From positions 308,326,001 through 308,390,000 of the forward strand of contig OZ024740.1 of the NCBI GenBank assembly GCA_964016885.1: a DNA stretch of 64,000 bases, read 5' to 3'. The notes under the pieces were generated by a model. It worked only from the letters and a program-made list of their open reading frames with translations. It was not told where the DNA came from and did not search any database. How positions within the stretch are numbered: the first letter of the stretch is position 1; the number at the start of each line of letters is the position of its first letter. This document shows, in pieces, positions 1-13,186 of the stretch. A program made the position numbers and the translations under genes. Source of the DNA: Eledone cirrhosa (lineage: Eukaryota).

Positions 1-360
1 AATAGGGAAATATAGAAAAAAAAGAGAAAGAAAGAAGAAAAAGAACGGGAAAGGCAGGGGGTGACAAGAGCTCTAGTGTCGCAGAAGAGAGGGGCGGGGT
101 GAAGGAGGGGGTGATTGGGTTTTGGGCCTAGGACAAGGGAGTAGGAGTGCTGCGCAGCGCAGACAAGACGACAAAAGCATTCCCCCGGACGATGGCCAGG
201 GACACCCGCTGCAAAGGTATTTCTGCGGATAATAGCCAGCGATACCCGCTGCAACAGCCACCCCACCTCGAGGTGCATCTTCCTCAGACGGGCTGCTGAC
301 GTTCCGATTTTACGATGGAGCTCGACTGTACTGGATCCGAGGATGCCTGAGGTCTCGATA
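1..360 (-). mobile_element. CRE-clade non-LTR retrotransposon 3' fragment (RLE C-terminus + T-rich 3' UTR)
   Basis: Minus strand reads IETSGILGSSTVELHRKIG...VGWLLQR; homologous to 7818-8155; carries an extra ~41 bp between ACCCGCTGCAA direct repeats. Confidence 0.7.
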
Positions 361-614
361 AATTTTATATAACTAGTGTGACGTGCGAATGTTTTGGGAA
401 TGGTATCACTCCGATCAACATTGTTTCCAGTAACTACTAAACTATCCATTTTTGTTATTGACATTAGTAAAACAAAATGACATAAATAACATTAATATTT
501 TGAAGCTGAAGAAAATAAAAACAATGCATGAACTCTCAGAAGCTGCTACAGAGAAAGGCGTTTCGACATTCATTGAAACTCTACTGAGAATTTTATACTG
601 ATCAACGTTTAAAC

Positions 615-907
615 CAGAAGTTCTCAAAGTGGGGGCGCTGAGAAGGTCCAAGGAGCTGCTGCGACCTAAGGGTGCGGTAGAGATGATATAATAGTATATT
701 AAATATCAAATGATACATATAGTAAAATATAAATATATATCATATTTATTTATACATTGTATATATTATATTATTTATTATATATAAAATTACGATTTTA
801 TTTATTTTATATTATTTACAATTTGATTGCAGGTCTCTCTGGAAATAAGGTTAGGGGCGCTGATGGTAGTATGTGGCCGTGGGGGGCTGAAAGTTTGAGA
901 ACCTCTG
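615..907 (+). mobile_element. hAT-like MITE
   Basis: TIRs CAGAAGTTCTCAAA / TTTGAGAACCTCTG; imperfect 8-bp TSD GTTTAAAC/CTTTAAAT; inverted copy at 40343. Confidence 0.75.
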
Positions 908-1606
908 CTTTAAATGGACACCAAGGAAGCCCTTATGCAGTCGCTCGATCTGATAGAAAGGACCAAATTTCCTTTAAATATCACACTTCAGGAAGAAATG
1001 ACTCAGATAATATAGTCAGATATAGAAACAGTGAACTTAGGCTTATTTGACGAAGGATTAAACAATATAGAATTGGTAAACGTGTGCCAATACTTACTTG
1101 CCAATACTCCAACAGTAAAAAGGAATACTCTCTCCATGACTAAATAATCCTGTCTAGAATATCGTTCCCAGTTACAGTAATAAATATCAATAAAACTACG
1201 TGAATGACCAGCTGTTCTTGGGAAAGTTTAGCCCCCCTAACATCTGCATAATTAATTTTATCGTTTCTGATAACATCACAGAAAATGACCCTTGTGAATG
1301 ATATTGCTGGAAAGTGTGGTAATTACTGTTGCTGGTTATGTATTTGGTTAGTTGTCCCCTACCTCCGTCATGTCTACACTGATCGAACACACCTATGACC
1401 ATCTCATCGTTTTCATATGTGCAAGGAACCCAAACCAATATTATTGAACATGTTCGTTTCAAATAAGGTTAATTTGTGAGGGGGGGGGGGGCATTTGGTT
1501 GATATTTATTGTAGATCGAGGAATCACACACACACGCACAAACACAAACACTCACACACACATACACAAACACACTCACACACGCACACACACACATATA
1601 TATATA

Positions 1607-1657
<51 letters not shown>

Positions 1658-2106
1658 AAGTTAGTCCTTCATCAGTGATCTTCCAACCATCATTGGTATT
1701 TCATCGCTTTAAAGACCATATACCTCCGGTGGGTGCGAGCAACGGCTAAAAAAGTCGTTGGGACACGTAAATAAAGGGGACACGAGAATGTAAACAAACA
1801 AAGATGGTGAAATATATATATATATTCATTTTATTATGGCTAAATAGGGAGTCTTGTATACTTTGGAGTTTCGCCTGTTTATCTCAGGGTCATCCGACAA
1901 GTTATGATTCGTTCACATGTAACTTCGTACGCAACTGAAGGTGTCAAAGTCTGACAATCTTACAAAAGTGCAAGCAATTTCTGCCAACCATATCGTTAGT
2001 CAAATGACCGGACGATATTTGGCGAAAAGTCCCGTAGGAGGGTCTATGAGGATCAGAAAGAAAGTGTATAATTAGTATAGGGGAGGTTACTCCGGGATTA
2101 AATTAA

Positions 2107-2540
2107 TGCACTTGATAGGTTTACTGCCGAGTGCTGCACGGCAGTAGTGAAAATCAGTGCTGCGAAGACTGAGACACTCGTCCTCTCCAGGAAACCGGCG
2201 GGGTTGCACTCTACATGTGAGTAGAGCTCCACTGTAGCAGGTGGAGAAGTTTAAGTATCTCATGTATCCCAAAGTATCCCAAAACAAGCAACCGATATGG
2301 AGTTCATCTGAAGGGTCTTTGGAGTAACGTGACTCGATAGAGTGCGTAGCTCGGAGTGTGTAGCTCGGAGTGCGTAGCTACTTCTCCGAATTGAGAGATC
2401 ACAGCTCCGATATTACGGACATGTATTTAGAATGTTTCAGGAAAGAATCATAGGACAGATTTTACGAGCAAAACCAGCTGGCAGGAGACCCAGGGGTTGA
2501 CCCCGAGAAAAATAGTTGGATAACATCCATGAGCTCGGCT
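2107..2540 (+). mobile_element. RTE-clade LINE 3' fragment, decayed
   Basis: Reads ALDRF...KISAAKTETLVLSRKP...QVEKFKYL, LLRIERSQLRYYGHVFRM, KPAGRRPRG*PR; stops and deletions. Confidence 0.75.
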
Positions 2541-3940
2541 AGAATTACATTGAGTGCATGGAGAAGGAGAAAATAAGATAAGATGGAAAATGTAACAGGG
2601 GGTAATATAGGTGATATGTTGCTGGTTTGAGGGATAATGTGTATCAAACCGGTCTTGTCTTGTTAACAATGAATGAATTGCTGAGGGTAGAATGAGCGAA
2701 GATATTGTAGTAGTTTGTAAGGGACTGTGAGCTCGTAGGGTATTTCTAATGTGGGTTTTCTGCGTTTAGCTTTGCAGGCTGAGGGTCTGGTAGTTGATAT
2801 TCCCATGAAGAGAGTAAATATTTTTTTTAATAGAAGCATCTCCTGAAAATCTCACCTTTGGAGGGAGTTGAACTACTCATTAGAAGATAGTAAACCTTGA
2901 AATATTCTACTTTTCAATCTGGTACAAAACCCACATTTCTTCGATTCAATGATTTAATTTTGATGACTAGAGTATCATTTTGGTGTGGAAAATCATGTAT
3001 GAATTAAATATCATGTTACTGATTTGAAGTTCATATAAATTCAAAAGCAACTGTCTGGCATTCTCACATGCTACTGAGATAGCTGTGATATAATCACAGA
3101 TTAAAACATTAATAACGAAACTCTCGCATGTTTATTGTTCATAAATATACTTCAGTATATGTTTTCATATATACCGCTATGATATATTTTCCGTTTCTAC
3201 CTCTTCACACTCTTTATCTTGCTATTTCATCTTTTATTTCTAATTCTATCTCCTGATGAAGGACTAATGTCTGAAACGTTAAGACACTTTTCCTGTTATT
3301 ACAAGCATTAACCTAATATATTCCTTCCATACACTATACCGATTGTGCTGTTATTTCTGTTTAAAACTAGACAAACAAACATGTAACAAATCGTCACACC
3401 TGGAGAAAAAACATCATGACTTTGTGGCAAATAACATAATTAATATTGACTTTAAAAAAAAACGACATTCAGAAACGCATAACCTCCACGCCACCCCACC
3501 CCATACACACAGATAGTAAATATTAATGGTTTTGGATGTAGTTTTCTGAATGTTGCTTGTTCTAGAACATTTCTGTGAATTGACAAGATGAAGTCGAAGA
3601 AAGAAACGTAACAGATGTTTCACAAAATATTACTTGTGGAATTTGTCCGAGAATAGTCAAAGAAGAAAGTAATATACCTTAACTCTTAGAAGGGCTAATC
3701 CGCCTGCAGTTAGGTTTGGAGACGAAATTTGGTTTGTGGTCCTACAATATCCATGAAGAGATAAACTGATCTCACATTTTACTGCCCCCGGAGAAGCACC
3801 TTGTTGGCTAACTTTAAACCACTAGTGCTACACTTTTTACTGGACCAAATGTTTAATGCTCTGCATTCATATATCATTTCGGCGGTGTGTTATGTACATT
3901 CAAATCTGATCAGTTGTGGATTCTGGGAATTCATTTAACA

Positions 3941-4130
3941 TGGCGGTGGATGGACAGAATCGATAGTGCATTGTATGAAATGCTATTACGATATTTGTTC
4001 TGGCTCTTTACATTCTGAGTTCAAATCCCGCTGAAGTCAATTTTGCCTTTCATCTCTCCGAAGTCGATAAAATATTGTACCAGTACTGGGGTCAATTTGA
4101 TCGATTTTCATCTCCCACCAAAATTACTGT
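3941..4130 (+). mobile_element. tRNA-derived SINE family A, old long variant
   Basis: B-box GAGTTCAAATCC and core GCCTTTCATC...GTCGATAAAAT..GTACCAG. Confidence 0.8.
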
Positions 4131-5294
4131 CTAAAAATAATAACGAATATTTATGATTTCTGATATGAGAGATACATAAAATATTAGATATATGTTTTTC
4201 TGTATCAAGGCTGTGATTCCTTAAGACTAGGGTGTTACATCTTCATTTGCGATGGGTTGGTCACATTCACAGAATGTTGAATTATTGATCGCCAAATATA
4301 TTTAAGTACGGAGTATTTCAGGAACTGCCGAGGATTAACAAAAGTGAACATTCAAAAACCTTAATATTGTTGCTTTTTCGTGGATGGTTGCTGCACCGAC
4401 TATTTTCTCTGGAAGAGAAAACGAATACCATGTAGGACGCGACCAAAGTAACCACAAAGTGGAGTTTGACAGAAGGAGACGTTGCTGGAAGGAAGTAAGC
4501 TGGTAACGATGCTTGGTCCCAGCTGTGCTCCAATTCCAATGCCCTCATTGTTAAATAAAGCTATATACAGCCATCGTAGAACACGTTGATAAATTCAATG
4601 GAGTCAAATTCTCGACAACGAGAGATGGTTATGTCTATCTTTATAAGTAGTAAGTCACCAATGTCTTTACAGAAGTTAGTTTGTATTATTCCAATTGTAC
4701 CAATTACAAATGGACTGAAAGACACATTTCTTTCTCAACTACCATTATGTCGTTAATTCAATAGCTAAATCAGTGATACTCATTAGCTTTTCAGTTCGCT
4801 TCTACACAACACTATAGTTATTTGGTTTTGCTATGTCGATAATTAGTTCGCTATTGTAATTTTTGTCGTGAAAATGATGTCAAGATTATTATGTGCTATA
4901 TAGTAACCGGTCTGTATGCTAAAGTTCCATAGCATCTTTACGTTGCAGAGGTTAATGAGTACTTTTTCTTTAAGGTATTGACACTTAGTGGCCAGGCGTA
5001 TATTACGCAGTTTCATTGGGTTATCTTGAAATATATCTTATGAGAGTTAATACAGTTCATCCTTTTCAGAAATTAAATCACGGGTGTGACTTTTGTAATC
5101 CATATTATAGACATTGCAAATCTTCAGCTTAATATGCTTAGTGATAGAAGTCTGATTCTATGTGGCAAATATTGTATCGATTACTCTATTCAAGCTGAAT
5201 TTTTCATCCAGTCATATTTATATTGATATATAAAGTATTAAGTCCATTGAATAATTGACCACAAGATATATCTTTACTGCTTATAGTTATCATT

Positions 5295-5484
5295 GGCCGT
5301 TGATTGGCAGTATCGGTAGAGGGTCGGACGCTAAGCTTTGCAGCATTGAGTGACGAGCCATTACGGTCTGAGTTCAGATCCCGCCGAGGTTAACTTTGCC
5401 TTTCATCCTTACGGGGTCGATAAAATAAAGTACCAGTAATACACTGGGAAAATTGCTGGCCTTGTGCCAAAAGTAGAAACAATT
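5295..5484 (+). mobile_element. tRNA-derived SINE family A
   Basis: A box TGGCAGTATCGG, B box, conserved core; TSD TTATAGTTATCA/TTAGAGTTATCA. Confidence 0.9.
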
Positions 5485-6829
5485 AGAGTTATCAGAACTG
5501 TTATTTGTATGTTTGTTTTTTGCTGGTGCCTTAGACTTAGATTTTAGCTTTTCTTGTTCTAATTCAGTTTCTTGGGAGAATGTTGCTGTTACAGCAATGA
5601 TTCATTTGTTACCTTTCTATAGCATAGTCAAGAGATACTCTATGTTGCTTTGAGGATTTAAAGAAATGGGCATAAGTTATCGGCAATAGAATCGCTTAAC
5701 CACTTGAAAATAAAACAGAAAAGATATATCTTGATCTATCTACATCTCTCTGTTCATTTTACTATCACTACCCAATCCTACTTATAAATTATTGTACTGA
5801 ACACATTACCCAATCCTCCCTTTATATACTGTAGCCTTCTTGAGCTCCATTCTTGCTCACGTTTTCTCTAAAGGCATCAATCTATATACATTAACCTACA
5901 GCTAATAGTAACACACAGGCATCAGTTTACAGATAAACTGCTATAACTTCACCAACATATGATAAACATAAAAAACTATGAGCTCTATAACCAAAAGACC
6001 AACCATTTTAATGATAATTCTGTGAAACTCATACGTCTTCATTATGACAAATTTATGAACGAAAGCTACCAGGTATCCATAGCTATTCATTGGGGTCAAT
6101 CTTTTAACAATCCCTTCTATCTAATACTATTTACCAGAAACTATTGCTGCCATTAGATATTCAGGAGCCATTAACCTGATAGTCACTGCTTCTTCTACGT
6201 GCTCTCTCTTCGCATAGGCCTTCGTGTGGTTAGTGTATGTGTGCCTGTGTGTGTGTCTACACGCGTTTGCGTGTGTGCGTGTGTGTATGTGTATGTACAT
6301 TTGTGTATATATATGTGTGTTTGTGTGTGTGTGTGTATGTTTTATGTTTTTGAGTATTTCAAACAACTAAGGAAGGTGGAATGGTAGAATCAATCAATAA
6401 AACCTTGCAATAAGTAATTACACCCCTTATGTTTTATAACCAAATCCCATCGAGGTCGATTTAATTATTAGAACCAGAAATATACTGATCTTGATTAAAT
6501 CTCCCCCCCCCCCCCCCCCACACACACACTTACACAATAAGAATAAAAATAAAACTTATGGTATATTGTCTATGCTAGAAATCTATTTCTTACTACTTCA
6601 ACTGGTTCTGGTGGAACTACTGTCACCTGATGGAATAAAAGCGGCGGGGGTTGGAAAAAATCTGAAAAATGAATAAGCGGGTAGCGGGTGCATTATTCGA
6701 GACCCGAGAGTGGGTAGGACCTATTTCCATCATATCTAACAGAGTTCCAAAAGAGGTTGGAGTGCTACGCAGCATCACAGAAAAGTAAGAAACGGAAAGA
6801 AAAGCCCTCGTCTACAAATTACAAATAGA

Positions 6830-7142
6830 TAAAGGGTAAAGACACCCTTCGATCATGAATGACCATAGAAATTTGTACCTAGAAAGTTATGCGAAGTAAA
6901 AGCCTGGACGCGTGTTTTGTGGAAGACCAACCGGCGTCCATGCATACCAGTCTCCAATCTCCAAGCCACCGTGTCGTCCAATTGAAAGGCAATGACTGAT
7001 ACAGCTTGACACCACCTACAGCTGAGTTAACTGGAACATGAAATAAAATGTCTTTCTCGAGGATACAACGCATCACTCGGTTTAGTAATCGAACTCACAA
7101 CCTCACTATTGAGAATCCAACCCTCTAACCATTAAGCCACAC
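6830..7142 (-). mobile_element. CORE-type tRNA-derived SINE (family B), diverged
   Basis: Minus-strand GTGGCTTAATGG A box, GTTCGATT B box, CORE-like ACATTTTATTTCATGTTCCAGTTAACTCAGCTGT; similar to 59640-59938. Confidence 0.75.
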
Positions 7143-7311
7143 AGACGTCTTCCCTAATAGGTAAAAAGAATACACATTACATATCCTGCATTCATTTATA
7201 TTAAGAGTGTTCAGAAACATTTGAGTGTTTGAGGGAACTGATGTCGCTAAAAAGTTCGCTATCAGTAGCTGATTGTAAGAGATAGGTTACGACAGCAAAA
7301 GTTCTCTACAA

Positions 7312-7499
7312 TAGGCATGTCAAACTGAGTGTCCCCCGAGGGTCACATGGCTCACATATGTGTTGTCTGAGGGCCACACATGACAACTAATTGCACACAT
7401 TACAACTAATATTTTTTTATTTTATATTACGCTCGCGCTGTAAAAACCTTTGTGCGAGCCGCAGGTGTGCTTGTAAAGGCCGCGTGTTTGACATACCTG
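7312..7499. mobile_element. hAT-like MITE
   Basis: TIRs (T)AGGCATGTCAAAC / GTTTGACATACCTG with perfect 8-bp TSD CTCTACAA. Confidence 0.85.
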
Positions 7500-7734
7500 C
7501 TCTACAAGATGTACACAATCTACAGTTCATCAGAATTATACAGTATGAAAGACGCGGTATTATGAAAACTAATATATTCATGCTTCAGTACATTGTCTCA
7601 CATCAGATGTCAATACACAAAGTTTTTGCATAAGCGTATCAAAATATGGAATAAACTATCAGAAGCTGTCATCAGAGACATCAAGTCTATCTACCAGCAC
7701 CAATACCACCACATTACTTCGCATACCAGCACCA

Positions 7735-8269
7735 CTAATTATTTTCTCCCCAAACTACCAAAACACATCCATGTTATGTTTATCGCATATCGAAGATTTT
7801 TATATCTTTGTTGATTTGGACCCCGTAGTGCCGAGCTCCTCTGCAAGATCGGAGCGTCGGCGGCCTGTCTGAGGAGGGTGCCCCGCGACATTGGGTGGCT
7901 GTTGCAGCGGGTGTCACTGGCCATCGCCCGGGGGAATGCTTTTGCCGTCTTGTCAGCGGGGCGCAGCACTTCTGCCCACTTGCCCTAGGCGCAAAGCCCA
8001 ATCACCCTCCCCATCACACCCGCTCTTCTGCGACACCAGACCTCTTGCCATCCCCTCTTCTTCCGTTCTTTTACTTCTTTCTTTCTCTCTCTTTTTTTCT
8101 ATATTTCCCTATTCTTTCTTTCCTTTTGTTTCCCCGCCACTTTTTTTTTATATTATTTCTATATTGAAAATAAATATTTTATATCCCTAAAACAACTAAT
8201 CTAATCACTACAACTAAATTTACCAAATTTGCACCCACCCCCTAATTCAGAAATGTTACCACCGCCCCT
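7735..8269 (-). mobile_element. MITE with CAGGGGCGGTGG termini (hAT or Harbinger type), interrupted by a CRE fragment; further pieces at 10880-11037, 12530-12652, 60453-60670
   Basis: Shared internal TGTGTTTTGGTAGT(T/C)TGGGGAGAAAAT and CCACCGCCCCTG ends among four loci. Confidence 0.65.
7818..8155 (+). mobile_element. CRE-clade non-LTR retrotransposon 3' fragment
   Basis: Frame not in ORF track: GPRSAELLCKIG...GWLLQRVSLAIARGNAFAVLSAG...*, matching the QRxSxAIxRGNA C-terminal motif of CRE elements; stop at 7986-7988. Confidence 0.75.
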
Positions 8270-8277
8270 GCAATACA

Positions 8278-8462
8278 GGGCGGTGAATTGGCAGCATCGG
8301 TAGAGGGTCGGACGCCATGCTTTCCAGCATAGTTACGTCCCTTTATGGTCTCAGTTCAAATCCCGTCGAGGTTAACTTAGCCTTTCATCTTACGGGGTCG
8401 ATAAAATAAAGTACCAGTAATGCACTGGTTAATTGCTGGCCTTGTACCAAAAGTAGAAACAA
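8278..8462 (+). mobile_element. tRNA-derived SINE family A
   Basis: Full-length match to the other copies. Confidence 0.9.
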
Positions 8463-8929
8463 CTATATTACTAACACGAGTAGTAGAAAATATCCTAATT
8501 CTATTACCACCTCAACTATCATCACTAAGTACCCTTAAGATGACACTATCATCGCCACTACCAGTAGTTACAACTCTAATAAAACACCACCACCATTATC
8601 ACCCACTCTACTATACCACACCACATCTACAACTACCACCACCACCACCACCTCTATATCATCACCACCACCACCACCACTATCACCACCACCACTATCA
8701 CCCACTCTACTATACACATCTACAACTACCACCACCAGCACCACTTTAACTCCACTACTTCCATAACGACTACTACGACCATACTACCACTACTACCACT
8801 ACGAACTGTCAACAAACGTGTGGGGGAACAAGTCGTCCGGGATAGAAAGAATGTCGTTAAATGAGAGAGTGAATGGTAAATATAAGGACATACACAAATG
8901 GAAGAGAACTTAGAGGAAAATATACAAGG

Positions 8930-9069
8930 ATAGAGGAAGGAAGGAAGGAAGGAAGAAGGAAGGAAGGAAGGAAGGAAGGAAGGAAGGAAGGAAGGAAGGA
9001 AGGAAGGAAGGAAGGAAGGAAGGAAGGAAGGAAGGAAGGAAGGAAGGAAGGAAGGAAGGAAGGAAGGAA

Positions 9070-9138
<69 letters not shown>

Positions 9139-9333
9139 AAAGAAAGAAAGAAAGAAAGAAAGAAGAAGAAAGAAAGAAGACAGACAGATAGAAATAAAGA
9201 CCGAAAGACATACAGAGAGAAACATAGAGAGAAAGAGGAGAAAGAAAAAAAAACAGGCAGACAGAAAAATACACATAAAAAGAGAAAAATGGAGAGTAGA
9301 TAGAATTAAGGACAGAGTCGGTTTAAAACAGAC

Positions 9334-9408
<75 letters not shown>

Positions 9409-9420
9409 GGGAGAGAGAGA
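8930..9420. repeat. (GGAA)n-(GAAA)n polypurine tract followed by (GA)n
   Basis: Direct inspection. Confidence 0.95.
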
Positions 9421-10192
9421 GTGAGTAAGATAGAAAGAAAAAGATAGTCTACATGTGTGGATCATGGCTTTCTGTCTGATGTTACAAGCTCTGCTCCTTA
9501 ACCACCCAGCAGGTAAGGGACTCGTTCAATTTCCACCCGACCCTTGCACCTATATGCACACTCATACACCCTATCCCAGGCACCATTATCATCCGAATTT
9601 CTTTCATATATCTGATCCATCTAGCCCAGGATACATTCTTACCTGACATACATCACTTGTTTTTGTTTTCGATATTGTTGTAAATATTACTTTGACACCT
9701 TCACATTCACATCAACCGCTCCGACCTGTTAGCAATAGCAGTCAAATTCATTCATATTTCACCATACCGTCATAAAGAAGATGATATAGCCAAATGCAGT
9801 CCTAGATGCATAAAGAGACGGGACGATTATAATTCGGAGCCCTTAGCTCATAGTTTTGCACAATGATGACTGATCAGCAACTTAAACACTGATTCTCCGC
9901 TGAGATTATCACGACCCTATTTATGTGGTTGTCACGTACATCGAATCTCTTTTGTTAAGGGAACAAGCTAAGGTTCCTATAACCTGCTATTTTTCTACCC
10001 TTTTATAAACCTTCTCTCCTTTTATTTGAAAATCTCAATCCTCATATTTCCTTCTCCATCTCACTCAACTTACCTATCTATCTATCTATATCTATATCTA
10101 TCTATCTATATCGATTTGTCTATATATCTATATCGATTTGTCTATATATCTATCTGCCTGCCTGCCTGTCTGTCTAATTTATTTCACTAGAA

Positions 10193-10260
<68 letters not shown>

Positions 10261-10265
<5 letters not shown>

Positions 10266-10566
10266 TAAGTATTAATAAAATAGATGTTCTTTTGATCAAT
10301 TACATTTTATTATACATATTTCGGATGTACAAACTATTTAACATCTCAGGGTATGTCATGTATCATTATATTTTGTCTGATGAGTACGTACTGTTGTACA
10401 TCCGAAATATGTATAATAAAATGTAATTGATCAAAAGAACATCTATTTTATTAATACTTATATTTTATTTAATATTAATAACTCCAGAAAATTATTTTGC
10501 CGTTGAGTGCTTCCAATCTACTGTAAAACTCATTCTTTGACATAATCATTGAATATTGTTTAATAC

Positions 10567-10570
<4 letters not shown>
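10261..10570 (+). mobile_element. Fold-back insert (72-bp inverted arms + tail) between (TA)n tracts; probable Penelope-like pLTR remnant
   Basis: 10261-10332 is the reverse complement of 10394-10465; hammerhead-like motif at 10370-10422. Confidence 0.7.
10370..10422 (+). ncRNA. Minimal type I hammerhead ribozyme-like motif, stem II disrupted
   Basis: AUUUUGU-CUGAUGA-GUACGUACUGUUGUAC(AUCC)-GAAA-UAUGUA-UA-AUAAAAU; stem I 7 bp incl. one GU. Confidence 0.6.
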
Positions 10571-10608
<38 letters not shown>

Positions 10609-10609
10609 G

Positions 10610-10731
<122 letters not shown>

Positions 10732-10785
10732 ACATTGAAAAGAAGACCAAAGACTGTTAATTATATCATATTTTAATTAACGCAC

Positions 10786-10856
<71 letters not shown>

Positions 10857-11571
10857 TTATATATTGGCAATTTAGTTGTTCTTTGCACTCTAAAATGGTC
10901 AGAAAACTTCGATATGCAATAAATATAACATGTACATAAATTGTAGCGCATATCCAAATATATGTGTGTTTTGGTAGTTTGGGGAGAAAATATAATTATG
11001 GGAAGGGACATGCCCCACCCCCAGTTCCACCGCCACTGTATATATATATATATATGTTTTTTTTTAAATTGTGCTCTGTGCCTTTTCCTAAGGGGTTAAT
11101 ATATCGAGCTTGTTCGCATTTGGTAAGAGGCTGGTATTATACCAAATTTATTCATCTCCTATATATATAAATAAGAAAATGAGGTTTTTTATATTTAAAA
11201 AAAAAGAAAAAGAAAAAGAGAAAAACGAGATGTCCTACACGTGTGAAAGTAAAAGGAAAAGAAATCGAAAATGCAACTGAAGTCCTTTTAAGAATATTTA
11301 TTTATTTCCTTTACCGGTTTCACAGTTCTTATGCTTTGCAAAAATAAAATTGAGATGGAGGGTTTGTGGTTTGTCTCGCACGTTCATTTATTATGGTTAT
11401 TGGTGATCTTTGTTACTCTAAAGTTTCATCTGCGCACTCACTGGATCACCAGTCTTGTCTAGTGAGTACGCAGGTGGGACTCCAGAGTAACAAGGCTTAG
11501 CCGTAATAAATGAATATTTAAACTCTATTTCAGTATTGAGTTTTCATTCTTACGTCCGTCAATAATTCACG

Positions 11572-11920
11572 TACTCTCAGGTCTTGAATAATCGTCCCCA
11601 ACCCCGCTTATTAATTTGTCAGACCCCCCCCCCCACACACACACACACACCTGGTTTCGACCCACCCCCATACACCCGCTTATTAGATTTTGCTAATCTA
11701 TCTTCGGCGAAATTTTATTGTAAATGATTCATATTGATACAGCAGCTGGAGAATCTAATAATTTTATTTTACATTAAAAAAACAAACATTATATATGACA
11801 AAAAATAACATTACAAGAAATCCCATATTTACGAATGTACACTATACAATTACCGATTTTCAAAGTTCCCGCCTCACCCCCATTATTACCACCCCGCCTA
11901 TTATTTGGGACCCGAGAGTG
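11572..11920. mobile_element. Tc1/pogo-like MITE (TA-CTCTCGGGTC termini); other copies or pieces at 6600-6712, 14750-15080, 38845-39100
   Basis: TACTCTCAGGTCTTGAATAAT ... ATTATTTGGGACCCGAGAGT inverted termini shared among loci. Confidence 0.7.
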
Positions 11921-12530
11921 CCATCAAACTCTCCTCATCTCTATGTCTATCACACAAAAGTCTCTTTTAATCCCCCTCTCTGTATCTACTAAAACCAAAC
12001 TCTACCCCTCTCTACATCTACCACGACACCGCCTCTCTTATCCCACGCTCTATATCTAAGACTAATACACTCTCTCACACTCTATAAATATCTACATTTA
12101 TCTCTCCCAATCTGTATATCAATCACACATAAACTCTCCTCCACTCCATATCTACTACACGGCTCTCTCTCCCAATTATGCCTCTTTGTATATCTACCCC
12201 CCCCCCTCTATATCTACTACACGGAACTCTCTTCCTATCCCCCTCTCTACATCAATTAACACCAAACTTTCCTCCTCTCTATATCTACTACACGGAACTC
12301 TCTTCGAATCACCCTCTATATATCAATAAACATCAATCTCCCCCCCCCCCTCTATATCTAATATACAACACACTCTCCCAACCCCTCTCACTATATCAAT
12401 TACCACCAATCTATCCCCCTCTCTATATCTACCATACAAAACTCTCACGCATACTCTCTCATTCTATCCACCACTACCAAACTATCCCCCTCGCTATATC
12501 TATATCTATCTCTCCCATCTATCTCTCCCT
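11920..12530. repeat. Degenerate G-poor minisatellite (~30-bp units CTCTCCCCCCTCTATATCTAC...)
   Basis: Recurrent CCCTCT(A/C)TATATC motifs; almost no G on + strand. Confidence 0.75.
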
Positions 12531-12653
12531 AACATATACATAAATTGTAGCATATATACAAATAGATGTGTTTTGGTAGTCTGGGGAGAAAATATATAAT
12601 TATTGGGGGTGGGAGAGATTTACCCTCCTGCCCTCCCTGTTCCACCGCCCCTG

Positions 12654-12749
<96 letters not shown>

Positions 12750-12834
12750 TATATATATATCATTACAAAATAGTGAATGACATATATATATATACATAAA
12801 TATCTAATGATATAAATGTATAATAGAACATATG

Positions 12835-12987
12835 AAAGTTTAACAAGAGACAATCTGTATAGAATGTAAGAATGTAAGAATACACAGTTCGTTACAGAAA
12901 CATTAAAGTTTAACAAGAGACAATCTGTATAGAATGTAAGAATGTAAGAATACATAGTTCGTTACAGAAACATTAAAGTTTAACAAA
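12835..12987. repeat. 70-bp tandem duplication (about 2.2 copies)
   Basis: AAAGTTTAACAA at 12835, 12905, 12975. Confidence 0.9.
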
Positions 12988-13103
12988 AATTTAAGATATA
13001 GATACCTGATAAAATTATATATATTTCCCTCATATGTATCCTTCACAAATCATGAATACATTTCACCAAATATCGGTGCAGCTATATAATCGAACTGGAT
13101 CTT

Positions 13104-13179
<76 letters not shown>

Positions 13180-13186
<7 letters not shown>

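Noticed and set aside
4318-4720. Possible host exon (also 1196-1462, 29330-29550, 39730-40340)
   Set aside because: No recognisable protein motif in the frames I read; small exons cannot be excluded without transcript data.
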